From NCBI GenBank assembly GCA_002385605.1, contig DGDU01000033.1, positions 13,587 through 77,586 of the forward strand: DNA of 64,000 bases, read 5' to 3'. A program made the position numbers and the translations under genes. Positions 35,020-44,535 of the stretch are shown here, piece by piece (the stretch's first letter is position 1; each line of letters starts with the position of its first letter). Under the pieces are notes generated by a model that worked only from the letters and a program-made list of their open reading frames with translations, searched no databases and was not told where the DNA came from. The stretch is from Christensenella sp. UBA3944 (GTDB lineage Bacteria > Bacillota > Clostridia > Christensenellales > DTU072).

Positions 35020-36542
35020 GACTCGACGCCCCTCACCCTGTACTGAATGGCCTCGGCTATGTCGTTAGCCTGTATGTCGATCGCGCCCCGTAAGTCGGCT
35101 ATCGTCCTTGCCGTCTTTATTATGCGGGTCAGCCCCCTCGCGCTTAGCTTAAACCTCGTAAACGCGGTCTCCAGCAGCTTTTCGCTGGCGGCGTCCAAGG
35201 CGCAATACTTTTTTATCTGCGCGTTGGTCATACGGGAATTGGTATAAAAGCCTTTGCCCTTGAACCTCTCACGCTGAATCTCCCTTGCCGCCTCTACCCT
35301 CTTTTTGATGTCGGCGCTTGTTTCGGCGGGAGCCGAAACGCGCAGCTCGCTGTAATCCACGCCGTCTACATCGACATAAATATCTATCCTGTCCAGCAGC
35401 GGGCCGGATATCCTTGCCTTGTACTTCATCTTGGCGATGGGCGAGCAGGTGCATTCCTTAAACCTGCTTCCGTCGTGCCCGCAGGGGCAGGGGTTCATGC
35501 TGGCTACAAGCATAAAGCTTGCGGGGTACTCTACCGTACGGGTCACCCTCGTTACAGTCACCGTGCCGTCCTCTAAGGGCTGGCGCAGAGTTTCGAGGGT
35601 CTTTTTGTTGTATTCCGGCATTTCGTCTAGGAACAGCACCCCGTTGTGGGCAAGGCTGACCTCGCCCGGCTTGCTGTGCGCCCCTCCGCCTATCAGGCTG
35701 AACAGGCTTGCCGTATGGTGGGGCGCCCTGAACGGCCTTGAGGTAATCATACCCCTCTCGCCGTCCGTCCTGCCCGCCACGCTGTGAATCTTTGTGGTTT
35801 CGATGGCCTCCCCGAAGGTCATATCGGGCATAATTGTGGGCACGCACTTGGCAAGCATCGTTTTGCCAGCCCCGGGCGGGCCGCAAAGAAGTATGTTGTG
35901 CCCTCCCGCGACGGCAATCTCCAGTGCCCTTTTGGCCGCCGACTGCCCTTTTATATCCGCCATATCGATGCCGTATTTATCCGCCGCCGGGGAGGACTCA
36001 TATTTGGAGTACTCGACGGGCTTGGCGTCCATTATCCCCGAAAGGAAGGAGCAGACATCGCACAGGGTTTTCATGGCGAACACTTTCGCGCCCACTATGT
36101 AGCTTGCCTCTTTTGCGTTGTCGTAAGGCACAATAAACCGCTTATACCCTCTCTGAAGGGCGCTTATAAGCAGAGGAAGTATGCCGTTTACCCTTCGTAT
36201 GCCGCCGTCCAGCGACAGCTCGCCTATTATTATGTAATCTGTTAGCCCCTCTGAGGGGATTTGCTCGGTCGCCGCGAGAAACCCGACAGCAATCGGAAGG
36301 TCGAAGGCCGAACCTTCCTTTTCGGTATCGGCGGGAGCGAGGTTAACCGTCACTTTGCGCGGCATAAAGTCGTAACTGGAGTTCTTTATCGCCGAGCGCA
36401 CCCTGTTTCTTGCCTCTTTTACCGATGTGCCCGCCAGCCCCACTATGTCGAAGCCCGGCACGCCGCCCTGGACATCCACCTCTATGTCGATGGGATATCC
36501 GTCTATACCTTCAAGCCCGTAAGATTTAATTACCGCAAGCAT
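35016..36542 (-). CDS. comM: YifB/ComM-family Mg-chelatase-like ATPase
   Basis: Lon-like N-domain, GPPGAGKTMLA Walker A, VLFLDEMPE Walker B. Confidence 0.93.
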   Translation of the reverse strand: MLAVIKSYGLEGIDGYPIDIEVDVQGGVPGFDIVGLAGTSVKEARNRVRSAIKNSSYDFMPRKVTVNLAPADTEKEGSAFDLPIAVGFLAATEQIPSEGLTDYIIIGELSLDGGIRRVNGILPLLISALQRGYKRFIVPYDNAKEASYIVGAKVFAMKTLCDVCSFLSGIMDAKPVEYSKYESSPAADKYGIDMADIKGQSAAKRALEIAVAGGHNILLCGPPGAGKTMLAKCVPTIMPDMTFGEAIETTKIHSVAGRTDGERGMITSRPFRAPHHTASLFSLIGGGAHSKPGEVSLAHNGVLFLDEMPEYNKKTLETLRQPLEDGTVTVTRVTRTVEYPASFMLVASMNPCPCGHDGSRFKECTCSPIAKMKYKARISGPLLDRIDIYVDVDGVDYSELRVSAPAETSADIKKRVEAAREIQRERFKGKGFYTNSRMTNAQIKKYCALDAASEKLLETAFTRFKLSARGLTRIIKTARTIADLRGAIDIQANDIAEAIQYRVRGVES

Positions 36543-36609
36543 TTTCTCCTCTCATCATCATAGGTTTCTTAAGCTATTGATAATTACTTTCTTTAGAAAA
36601 TTATCCGAC

Positions 36610-36650
36610 AAAAGAAGGGCTGTTTTTTTGTAAACAGCCCCTTTTTTTCT
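36610..36650 (-). terminator. rho-independent terminator after the 757-aa membrane protein gene
   Basis: Minus strand GGGGCTGTTT-ACAAAAA-AACAGCCC followed by TTCTTTTGT. Confidence 0.7.
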
Positions 36651-36657
36651 TTTGATA

Positions 36658-38931
36658 TTAATCTTTGTTTTGGGAGTCTTTGTTTTCGGCTTCCTTGGCT
36701 TGCTTTGTTAGCCTTCTCTTTTCTTTGCGCTCGGCAATTTCTTCCTTGAGCGCCTTTACCACTTGCCGGGTGAAGGCCGAAACTTTTGCGCCGAAGTTTC
36801 TTGTTGTTATCATCGCGTTTGCGGCGACGCTCGAAACATAGGTCAGATACGGCACGCGAAGCACCAGAAATTCGCTTGTCTTATTGTTTACAATCGAGTC
36901 GTAAGCGACAACTATAAAGTAAATAACAAGCAGCAGGTTGAGGGCGCCGAAGGTGTACATAAGTGCTCCCTTGGGTATGGCGGCGATGCCGGCGGCGTCG
37001 TAGCTTACTACCATATTTACATAGCCGATGTTCACAAACATCATAGCGGCAAACAGCACCAGGGCAAGGTACAGCCTCTTGTCTTTTACAAGGGCGGTAT
37101 AGATGAACATCAGGGGCAGAGCTATAAACAGCGAAGCCGGGTTGAGGTTGTTGGTAAAGTACCAATAAACTACGGCGAACGCCGAGGCAAGCATAACGAG
37201 CTGCAGCCTGCTTCTGCTCTTGAAGTACGCCGCGCCCCACAAACCAAGTATGAACAGCACAAAGAAGATGGTGATGGCTGTAGACTCGGTGGTGACGGGC
37301 TTGAAGTTGTTGCCGAGAAGCCCCTGGAAGTTGAAAGCGTTTGCGGTGTAGACATTGGCGCCCTTGACGGTTTCGATATACTTGTCGAAAGCAAAGAAGG
37401 CTTCGCCCTTGCCTATCTCGTTTACGGCAAACGGCAGGGTTATGAGGTAGAAGAGAATGAGCCCGCCGACAACTGCGATGGTGGGTGTCAGCCAGCCCCA
37501 AAGCTTCTTTTCCTTGATGCCCCTGTAAATGAGAAGGCCTGTGTAGAACAGCACGAAGGGGCAGACAAGAAGCATAGCGGGCGAGGTAAGCGCGGCTACG
37601 AAGTAGGCGCACGCCATGCCGATGTAGTTTTTGTTAAGCAGGAAGTAGAACGAAAGCACGGCAAAGAACACGGCTATGGATACCATCGAGCCCCAAGCGG
37701 CGCTTAGCGCGAGGGTGACGGGAAGCAGCGTGTACAGGCCGGCGAGAAGTGTCGCGGCAACCTTGCCCTGCTTGTCGGCTATAAGCTTGTAGATTATAAC
37801 CGCCGTGCCGATATCGGCAGCCACGGCAAACATCTTAAGTGTGGCCGCGGCGGTGAGGATTATGGTGGCGTCGGACGCTTTTGCGGCCTCGCCTATGCGG
37901 GCGATAAGCCCGGCGATAGTATCGAAGTACAGCGCGAACGGCATGAATGTGGCGTCGGGATTATATTGGAAGAAATACGGCATGCCGTATTTGCCGAGCC
38001 ATACGCCGTAAAATGCGTGATTACCGAGGTCGAAGCCGTGGTATATAGACTGAATGAGGCTTCCGCCGGCGATTAAGGATTCGGAAAGGACTATTATAAA
38101 CCTTACGAGGAACCCTACGCCGATAACAAGAAGCAGGCCGAGGTATTTGTGTTCCGAAATAAGCTTCCAGAACCTGTTCTGCCCCTCTCCCTTCTCGATG
38201 GCGGCCGAGCGGGCGCGCAGCATATAGAAAGCGTAGGCGATTATGAGGGTCATTATGCCGCCCACTATAACATAGGCGTTGTTGAAGGCGGTGGGCCTGC
38301 CGTAAGTAGTCCTGTTGAGGTCGTACAAAGCGACGCCCTCTTGTGTTGCCTCGTCCTTTTCTACCCTGGTGAGCGAGATGTCCGAAATAACAAGGCTTGA
38401 TACACTTACCTGTCTTTCTTCGGAGCCGATATAGATGGCGAGAGTCGCTTCCCGCACATTGCCCGTTTTAAAGTAAAAAGACTGGGTCTTTCTGTCGGTC
38501 GCTCCCTTGTGGAAAACGGCTTTATCTATGCCGCGGTTAAAGTTTTTGTCCTCGAGGAAGCCCACCCAAAGCCCGTCGTAGTCTTTGGTGATATCCTTAG
38601 CGGACATCGAGCCGGACGAGAAGGTGTAGCTTACCTTGTAGTACGAATTGGGCTTTAGGTTTACCTTTTGGGAAACGGTTGCCCAGCCCGCCGAAGATGT
38701 GTTTATTGTAAGATTGTTGGACGCGTTGGAAAAGGTATCCGTTACCGTGCCGCCCGAGGTCAGCGTCCAGTCTTTTCTGAGCTCGCTGAGGCTGCCGTTG
38801 TAATTAAAAATGCCGCTTTCGCCGCCTTTAAGGATATTAACCCCGTATTTGGATTCGGCTTTGGGTACGCACCCCAGCAGTAATACCGCGCATAATACTA
38901 TTATGCAAGCTGCCCAAAATCTCTTTTTCAT
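36658..38931 (-). CDS. large polytopic membrane lipoprotein; possible GT-C-fold glycosyltransferase with an N-terminal extracytoplasmic beta-rich domain
   Basis: Lipobox VLLLGC, a polar N-domain of about 190 aa, then at least 12 hydrophobic segments. First loop HGFDLGNHAFYGVW. Lys/Glu-rich C-tail. The functional call is inference. Confidence 0.6.
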   Translation of the reverse strand: MKKRFWAACIIVLCAVLLLGCVPKAESKYGVNILKGGESGIFNYNGSLSELRKDWTLTSGGTVTDTFSNASNNLTINTSSAGWATVSQKVNLKPNSYYKVSYTFSSGSMSAKDITKDYDGLWVGFLEDKNFNRGIDKAVFHKGATDRKTQSFYFKTGNVREATLAIYIGSEERQVSVSSLVISDISLTRVEKDEATQEGVALYDLNRTTYGRPTAFNNAYVIVGGIMTLIIAYAFYMLRARSAAIEKGEGQNRFWKLISEHKYLGLLLVIGVGFLVRFIIVLSESLIAGGSLIQSIYHGFDLGNHAFYGVWLGKYGMPYFFQYNPDATFMPFALYFDTIAGLIARIGEAAKASDATIILTAAATLKMFAVAADIGTAVIIYKLIADKQGKVAATLLAGLYTLLPVTLALSAAWGSMVSIAVFFAVLSFYFLLNKNYIGMACAYFVAALTSPAMLLVCPFVLFYTGLLIYRGIKEKKLWGWLTPTIAVVGGLILFYLITLPFAVNEIGKGEAFFAFDKYIETVKGANVYTANAFNFQGLLGNNFKPVTTESTAITIFFVLFILGLWGAAYFKSRSRLQLVMLASAFAVVYWYFTNNLNPASLFIALPLMFIYTALVKDKRLYLALVLFAAMMFVNIGYVNMVVSYDAAGIAAIPKGALMYTFGALNLLLVIYFIVVAYDSIVNNKTSEFLVLRVPYLTYVSSVAANAMITTRNFGAKVSAFTRQVVKALKEEIAERKEKRRLTKQAKEAENKDSQNKD

Positions 38932-38964
38932 AGACGCTCCTAAACAATATTATAATCAAAGATA

Positions 38965-38997
38965 AGATATCCCGGCTCCGAAAACCGAAACCGGGAA
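38965..38997 (-). terminator. hairpin downstream of rplS
   Basis: Minus strand CCCGGTTTCGG-TTTT-CGGAGCCGGG (two G-U pairs), then ATATCTTATCTTT. Confidence 0.45.
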
Positions 38998-39010
38998 TAG
39001 GCGCAATTTC

Positions 39011-39361
39011 TTACTTGTTGATGTCGGCTTGCTTTGTTCTGGCGGCCTTGCCGGTGCGCTCTCTGAGGTAGTTGAGCTTGGCCCTTCTTACCTTACCGCG
39101 GCGAACGATTTCGATGCGGTCGATTTTGGGGGAATGGAGCGGGAATGTTCTCTCGACGCCGATGCCGAAGGATATGCGGCGAACGGTGAAGGTTTCGCGG
39201 ATGCTGCCGCCGCGGCGGGCTATAACGGTGCCTTCATACGCCTGAATCCTTTCGCGGTTTCCTTCGATAATCTTGTAGTAAACCCTGATGTCGTCGCCGA
39301 TGTTAAAATCGGGAATGTCGGACCTGAGGCCCTCTTTTTCGATGATGTCGATAATGTTCAT
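39011..39361 (-). CDS. rplS: 50S ribosomal protein L19
   Basis: Typical L19 sequence ([33 protein letters not shown]...), SD GGAGG. Confidence 0.96.
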   Translation of the reverse strand: MNIIDIIEKEGLRSDIPDFNIGDDIRVYYKIIEGNRERIQAYEGTVIARRGGSIRETFTVRRISFGIGVERTFPLHSPKIDRIEIVRRGKVRRAKLNYLRERTGKAARTKQADINK

Positions 39362-39383
39362 GACTTACCTCCGTGTATACACA

Positions 39384-39441
39384 TGGCGTACATACCGATT
39401 TGGAATTTCGCTTTTATAAAAGCATCGGCATAGGTCCGCCA
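39384..39441 (-). promoter_or_regulatory. structured 5' leader of rplS; possible L19-leader-type autoregulatory RNA
   Basis: Nested pairings on the minus-strand RNA: UGGCG/CGCCA, CCGAU/AUCGG, and inner hairpin GCUUUUAUAAAAGC. A GUGUAUACAC palindrome abuts the SD. Confidence 0.4.
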
Positions 39442-39454
39442 CAAAGTCTTTTAT

Positions 39455-39483
39455 ATGTTAACAAATAAATAAATAATTATCAA
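39455..39483 (-). promoter_or_regulatory. candidate promoter of rplS
   Basis: Minus strand TTGATA, 17 nt, TAACAT. Confidence 0.45.
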
Positions 39484-39559
39484 GCATTTGTCGGCAATAA
39501 AATCCGCATTTTTTATGAAGATTTGCCGAACTTTTTGAACAAATATCCCGCCTGTTTCG

Positions 39560-39919
39560 CTATATGAAATCGCCGTAGAAAGCGTTTTCGATGTGCCCGA
39601 TGCCGAGGTCTGTTACGCTCACGACATCGAAGCGGGCGGGCATGTCCTCCAGCCTGTTGCCGGCAAGATACATGCTTGCGGCTTTTATCAGTTTTCTCAT
39701 TTTGGGTTTCGTAATGCTCTCCAGCGGATCCCCTAACTCTTTGTCCTTGCGATATCTCACTTCGACAAAGACAATTGTCCCTCTGTCCTCGCACACTATA
39801 TCCAGCTCGCCTATCCTCGGATAATTCACATTCTTACCGAGGATCCTGTATCCCTTTTGCTCGAGATATTCGGCGGCTTTGCGCTCGGCGAGTATGCCAT
39901 CGGCGGGGGAGTGAGGCAT
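39560..39919 (-). CDS. yraN: YraN-family (UPF0102) endonuclease-like protein
   Basis: GELDIV...VFVEVRYR motifs. Start moved to ATG 39919, overlapping the rnhB stop (TAATG). Confidence 0.85.
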   Translation of the reverse strand: MPHSPADGILAERKAAEYLEQKGYRILGKNVNYPRIGELDIVCEDRGTIVFVEVRYRKDKELGDPLESITKPKMRKLIKAASMYLAGNRLEDMPARFDVVSVTDLGIGHIENAFYGDFI

Positions 39920-40539
39920 TATTCCCTTCCCTCCAGTATCTTTCGTATAAAGGTTTTGCGGTGTATGGGGCAAGGGCCGTACTTTTTTATCATCTCGATA
40001 TGATGCCTGGTGCCGTAGCCCTTGTGGTCCTCGAAGCCGTACTCGGGGTACAGCTCGGCATACTTTATCATAAGGTTGTCCCTTTCGACTTTGGCAAGCA
40101 CCGACGCCATACCGATGGAATAACTTAAGGCGTCGCCGTGTATGATGCTAACCTCCGCCATGCCCGTATCCAGCTTCAACGCGTCTATAAAAAGCACTTC
40201 GGGTTGGGTGGGAAGAGAGAAAACGGCGGACTTCATAGCCTGTTTGGTGGCGTTAAGTATATTTATTTCGTCTATTACATCGTGGCCGACTGTCGCCGTC
40301 GCGGCGGCAACCGCCGTAGCCTTTATCTCGGGATAAATCTCCCTTCTGAATTTGTCGGTAAGCATCTTGCTGTCGGTAACGCCCTTTATCATTTTTTTGA
40401 AGTTGGGAATCACCGCGCCAGCCATAACGGGCCCCGCTAGCGGGCCCCTGCCTACCTCGTCCACCCCGCAAATGAGGTATTTACCAAGGGCAAAATAATC
40501 CTTTTCGTAAAATAAATTGTCCATAGGTGTGTTATCCAT
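39919..40539 (-). CDS. rnhB: ribonuclease HII
   Basis: GVDEVGRGPLAGPV catalytic motif. Confidence 0.95.
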   Translation of the reverse strand: MDNTPMDNLFYEKDYFALGKYLICGVDEVGRGPLAGPVMAGAVIPNFKKMIKGVTDSKMLTDKFRREIYPEIKATAVAAATATVGHDVIDEINILNATKQAMKSAVFSLPTQPEVLFIDALKLDTGMAEVSIIHGDALSYSIGMASVLAKVERDNLMIKYAELYPEYGFEDHKGYGTRHHIEMIKKYGPCPIHRKTFIRKILEGRE

Positions 40540-41380
40540 CGGTCACCCTTTCCAAGACTATTTTGCCCAAATATCCCTTGCGTATATCCATTATTATCGC
40601 CCTGCCCGTCTTGTCGTAGTCGGGCGAGCCGTCTTTCATCATAAGCCCTCTCTTTAGGGCAACCTCGCCCAAAACCGCTAACGGAGCTGTTTCGGCGGGG
40701 TTTTCGATTCCGTACCTTTCTTTTACGCGGTCGGGATAGCTGTTTTGCAGAAACTTTACCGCTTCCAGCCCAAGTTCGGCGATATCGACGATATCGTCCT
40801 TAATGCTCCCTATTATGGCAAGTTTTACGGCCTTCTTTTGGTCGCGGAAGTCGGGGTACAGCACGCCGGGGCTGTCAAGAAGGTCGATATACCTGTCTAT
40901 GCTGACCCATTGCTTGCCGCGGGTCACGCCGGGGCGGTTGCCCGTCGCCGCTTTCTTGCCGCCGGTCAGGCTGTTTATTAGTGTAGACTTGCCCGAATTG
41001 GGCACGCCCAGCACCATCGCCCTTATCGTGCGGGCAACGCCCTTCGCCCTATATTTTTCAATGAGGGGGGCGTTTATCTCTATAAGCCCCTCGATAAGCT
41101 TCCGGGCGTCCGCCCTCGAAAGGCTGTCGGTGGCAATGCAGGGCGCGAAAGAGCTAAGGTATTTTACCCATTCCTCCACCGCCTCGGGCTCGGCGAGGTC
41201 GGCTTTGTTCAATACATATATTCGGGGTTTATTCCCTATCACATCGTTGAAGGCCTCGTTTATGCAGGCAAGCGGGGCCCTGGCGTCCAGCACATAAATG
41301 ACGCTGTCGATAACCGCCATCTCCTCTCTCATCATGCGTATGGCCTTTGTCATGTGGCCGGGAAACCAATGTATAAACAT
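40532..41380 (-). CDS. rbgA: ribosome biogenesis GTPase A (YlqF/RbgA)
   Basis: Circularly permuted GTPase: FPGHMTKA, NKADL (G4) before GVPNSGKSTLIN (G1). Start at ATG 41380 (MFIHWFPGHM). Confidence 0.93.
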   Translation of the reverse strand: MFIHWFPGHMTKAIRMMREEMAVIDSVIYVLDARAPLACINEAFNDVIGNKPRIYVLNKADLAEPEAVEEWVKYLSSFAPCIATDSLSRADARKLIEGLIEINAPLIEKYRAKGVARTIRAMVLGVPNSGKSTLINSLTGGKKAATGNRPGVTRGKQWVSIDRYIDLLDSPGVLYPDFRDQKKAVKLAIIGSIKDDIVDIAELGLEAVKFLQNSYPDRVKERYGIENPAETAPLAVLGEVALKRGLMMKDGSPDYDKTGRAIIMDIRKGYLGKIVLERVTDG

Positions 41381-42048
41381 TACTCTTCCTTTCTCCTGCG
41401 CTCGGCGGTAAGCTTTTCGCTCTGGGCCTTGCGCCACTCCTTAATCTTCTGATGGTTTCCCGAAATCAAAACTTCGGGAACCTTAAGCCCCATAAACTCC
41501 TGCGGGCGGGTATAGTGTGGATACTCTAAGGTTTCGCCGTCGGAGAAGCTTTCTTCCTCGGTAGAGCTCTCGCTGCCGAGAACCCCCGGTATGTATCTTG
41601 CCACGGCGTTTATCACCACCAGAGAGGCAAGGTCGCCCGAGGTAAGCACATAATCGCCAATCGAAAGCTCGGCGTCTATGTCCAGCTCTATTATCCTCTG
41701 GTCGATGCCCTCGTAGCTTCCGTTAACAAGCACGATGTGGTCGAGCTTGGACAGCTCCACCACTTTCTTCTGGGTAAGCTTTTCGCCTTTGGGGCTTAGG
41801 TATATCCTTAGCGCCTTATGCCCGGGGTCGGCGGCCGTTATGCAGTCGTGCAGGGGCTGAGGGGTCATTACCATGCCCGCGCCGCCGCCGAAGGGGTAAT
41901 CGTCACACTTTTTGTGCTTATCCTTCGAGTAGTCCCTTATGTTAAGAATCTCCACCTCGAAAACGCCCTTCTGAAGCGCTTTGCCTATGATGCTTTCGTT
42001 AAGGGCGTTATACATTTCGGGAAAGAGGGTTAGGACGCTAATCTTCAT
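41380..42048 (-). CDS. trmD: tRNA (guanine37-N1)-methyltransferase
   Basis: VLTLFPEM N-terminus and GGGAGMVM SAM-binding knot region. Confidence 0.96.
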   Translation of the reverse strand: MKISVLTLFPEMYNALNESIIGKALQKGVFEVEILNIRDYSKDKHKKCDDYPFGGGAGMVMTPQPLHDCITAADPGHKALRIYLSPKGEKLTQKKVVELSKLDHIVLVNGSYEGIDQRIIELDIDAELSIGDYVLTSGDLASLVVINAVARYIPGVLGSESSTEEESFSDGETLEYPHYTRPQEFMGLKVPEVLISGNHQKIKEWRKAQSEKLTAERRRKEE

Positions 42049-42535
42049 ACACCGCCACCTTCTTAAGCTCGGACGGGTCTACCGTTATGGTCTTGTTAGT
42101 AATATCGAAGCTTGTTACGACATTTCCCGCCAAAGCGAACATAAAGGGCTTTCTGCCCGCCACGATGTAGACATCGGCGCTGCCGTGCTGCAAAATCTCT
42201 TTTACGAAACCCAGTTCGTCGCCGCCCTCGGTTACAACCTTGCACCCTATTATGTCGGCGACATAATACCTTCCCTCGGCGAGGGGCGGGCGGTTGCTGT
42301 TATCCACATAAACGCTTGCGCCGCGCAATGCTTCGGCGGCGTTTCGGTCGTCTACGCCCTTAATTTTCACATAGGCAAACTGCCCGTCGCCTCTCATCTT
42401 TTCGACGGCGGCGGGCTTGCCGTTAATTATTATCTCTTTTATGCGCGCGAGGTCGGCGTAGCTGTCAAGGAAGTTTCTTACCTTGACCTCACCCTTTATC
42501 CCCTGCGGCTTCAGGACTTCGGCTATAAGCAGCAT
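42038..42535 (-). CDS. rimM: 16S rRNA processing protein RimM
   Basis: GIKGEVKV motif plus PRC-barrel-like C-terminus. Confidence 0.92.
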   Translation of the reverse strand: MLLIAEVLKPQGIKGEVKVRNFLDSYADLARIKEIIINGKPAAVEKMRGDGQFAYVKIKGVDDRNAAEALRGASVYVDNSNRPPLAEGRYYVADIIGCKVVTEGGDELGFVKEILQHGSADVYIVAGRKPFMFALAGNVVTSFDITNKTITVDPSELKKVAVYED

Positions 42536-42589
42536 TGCGATCCCTTATAATAAGGATATATTTTGGCAAAAAAGCATAACCTTATCCGC

Positions 42590-42620
42590 CAAAAACGGCG
42601 CTTATTGTTGGTAGCGCCGT
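42590..42620 (-). terminator. hairpin plus T-run between the KH-protein gene and rimM; possible attenuator
   Basis: Minus strand GGCGCT-ACCAACAATA-AGCGCC followed by GTTTTTGG. Confidence 0.4.
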
Positions 42621-42636
42621 TCGTTTGAGGTTTGGC

Positions 42637-42870
42637 TTACTTTTTTTCCTCTATGGATACCTCGTAATGCTTGTCGCTGTTTTGGGCGGCGGCCTTTACC
42701 AATATCCTTATCGCCTTGGCTGTCCTTCCGAACTTGCCTATAAGCTTGGCGATTTTGTCTTTGTCCACAAAGACTTTTATCTCGACATTGGTATCGTCCT
42801 CAAGCATGACGATCTCGTAGCTTTCCTCGTCGATTATTTGCTTTACCAGATAATCTACCAAATCGCGCAT
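42637..42870 (-). CDS. KH-domain RNA-binding protein (YlqC/UPF0109)
   Basis: 77 aa; GKLIGKFGRTAKAIR is a KH GxxG-type motif. Conserved position after rpsP. Confidence 0.88.
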   Translation of the reverse strand: MRDLVDYLVKQIIDEESYEIVMLEDDTNVEIKVFVDKDKIAKLIGKFGRTAKAIRILVKAAAQNSDKHYEVSIEEKK

Positions 42871-42873
42871 GGT

Positions 42874-43173
42874 TTATTCCTCACTGGGGGCTTCGGCTGC
42901 TTCGGCCTTCTTCTTGTAGGCCTTAGAAGACTCGATGATGCCCGCGTTGTATAAAAGGTCACGCACGGTGTCGGTGGGTTGAGCGCCGCGGGCGAGCCAC
43001 TTCCTGGCGGTTTCCTCGTCGATTTTGATTTCGGCGGGTTCTTTAACGGGATTATAGTAACCGATTTGCTCGATGTACTGCCCGTCGCGAGCCTTGCGGG
43101 AGTCGACCGCTACGATACGATAGAAAGGAGACTTCTTAGCGCCCATTCTTGTAAGCCTTAGTTTTACTGCCAT
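42874..43173 (-). CDS. rpsP: 30S ribosomal protein S16
   Basis: [21 protein letters not shown]. Start moved to ATG 43173; the track start is a TTG inside the SD GGAGG. Confidence 0.95.
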   Translation of the reverse strand: MAVKLRLTRMGAKKSPFYRIVAVDSRKARDGQYIEQIGYYNPVKEPAEIKIDEETARKWLARGAQPTDTVRDLLYNAGIIESSKAYKKKAEAAEAPSEE

Positions 43174-43218
43174 TTGTTTTTGTTCCTCCAAAGAATTTTG
43201 TTATTTTTTTTGTTTATT

Positions 43219-44535
43219 CTAGAACGGGAAACGCCGTTTCCCGCTGCTGAATTGCTTCATCATGGCTTTGGTCTGCTCGAATTGGTTAAGCAGCCTGTTT
43301 ACATCCTGCACGGTGGTGCCGCTGCCCGCGGCAATCCTCTTGCGGCGGGAACCTTTTATTATTTCGGGGTTTGCCCTCTCCTCGGGCGTCATCGAAAGGA
43401 TTATTGCCTTTACCTTTTCGATTTGCTTTTCGTCCACATTTAGGTCGGCGCCCTTTAGCTTGCTCGAAAGCCCGGGAATCATATTCATGATATCGGCAAG
43501 GTTGCCCATCTTTTTCATATTGGAAATCTGCTCGAGGTAGTCCTCGAGGTCGAAGGTGCGCTCCTTAAGCTTTTTGGCAAGCTTTAGCGCGTCCTGCTCG
43601 GATATGGCGCTTTGTGCCTTTTCGATAAGGGTGAGAACATCGCCCATGCCCAATATACGGCTTGCCATGCGGTCGGGGTGGAAGGGCTCGATGTCGCCCA
43701 TTTTTTCGCCGATGCCCACATATTTGATTGGCTTGCCGCAGATAGCCTTAATAGAGAGCGCGGCGCCGCCCCTTGTGTCGCCGTCAAGCTTTGTAAGGAT
43801 AACGCCCGTTATGTCTATCTCTTTATTGAAGGTGTCGGCAACATTTACGCTGTCTTGCCCCAGCATGGCGTCCACGACAAGCAAGACTTCTTTAGGCTTT
43901 ACCTTATCCTTTATTGCGCGAAGCTCCGCCATAAGCTCCTCGTCTATGTGCAGCCTGCCCGCTGTGTCTATAATAACCGTGTCGAAGGCGTTCTTTGTGG
44001 CGTATTCCACGGCCTCGGCGGCTGTCTTTACGGGGTTTGCCTGCCCTCTCTCGAACACCTCGGCCTTTACCTTCTCGCCCACCACCTGAAGCTGCTTTAT
44101 AGCTGCGGGACGATAGATGTCGCAGGCCACGAGAAGCACCTTTTTGCCCTCTTTTTGCAAGAGGTTGGAAATCTTGCCGCACATCGTCGTTTTGCCGCTT
44201 CCCTGAAGCCCGCACATCATATAAACCGTGGGCGGCTTGTCGGATACCTCAAGTTTGGCGTGCTTGCTGCCCATTAGGCGGATAAGCTCTTCGTTTACTA
44301 TTTTTATAACCTGCTGCGAGGCGTCCAAACCTTTAAGGATGTTTTCGCCCACGGCCTTTTCGGATACCGCTTTTATAAACTCCTTTACGACAACGAAGTT
44401 TACATCGGCTTCAAGCAGGGCAATACGCACCTCGCGCATGGCCTCTTTAATCTCCAGCTCGGTAAGCGCTCCCCTATTCTTCAGCTTGGAGAAAGCATGG
44501 TTTAGTTTTTCCGAAAGATTGCCAAATATCGCCAT
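43219..44535 (-). CDS. ffh: signal recognition particle protein Ffh
   Basis: GLQGSGKTT and DTAGR motifs, Met-rich M domain. Confidence 0.97.
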   Translation of the reverse strand: MAIFGNLSEKLNHAFSKLKNRGALTELEIKEAMREVRIALLEADVNFVVVKEFIKAVSEKAVGENILKGLDASQQVIKIVNEELIRLMGSKHAKLEVSDKPPTVYMMCGLQGSGKTTMCGKISNLLQKEGKKVLLVACDIYRPAAIKQLQVVGEKVKAEVFERGQANPVKTAAEAVEYATKNAFDTVIIDTAGRLHIDEELMAELRAIKDKVKPKEVLLVVDAMLGQDSVNVADTFNKEIDITGVILTKLDGDTRGGAALSIKAICGKPIKYVGIGEKMGDIEPFHPDRMASRILGMGDVLTLIEKAQSAISEQDALKLAKKLKERTFDLEDYLEQISNMKKMGNLADIMNMIPGLSSKLKGADLNVDEKQIEKVKAIILSMTPEERANPEIIKGSRRKRIAAGSGTTVQDVNRLLNQFEQTKAMMKQFSSGKRRFPF

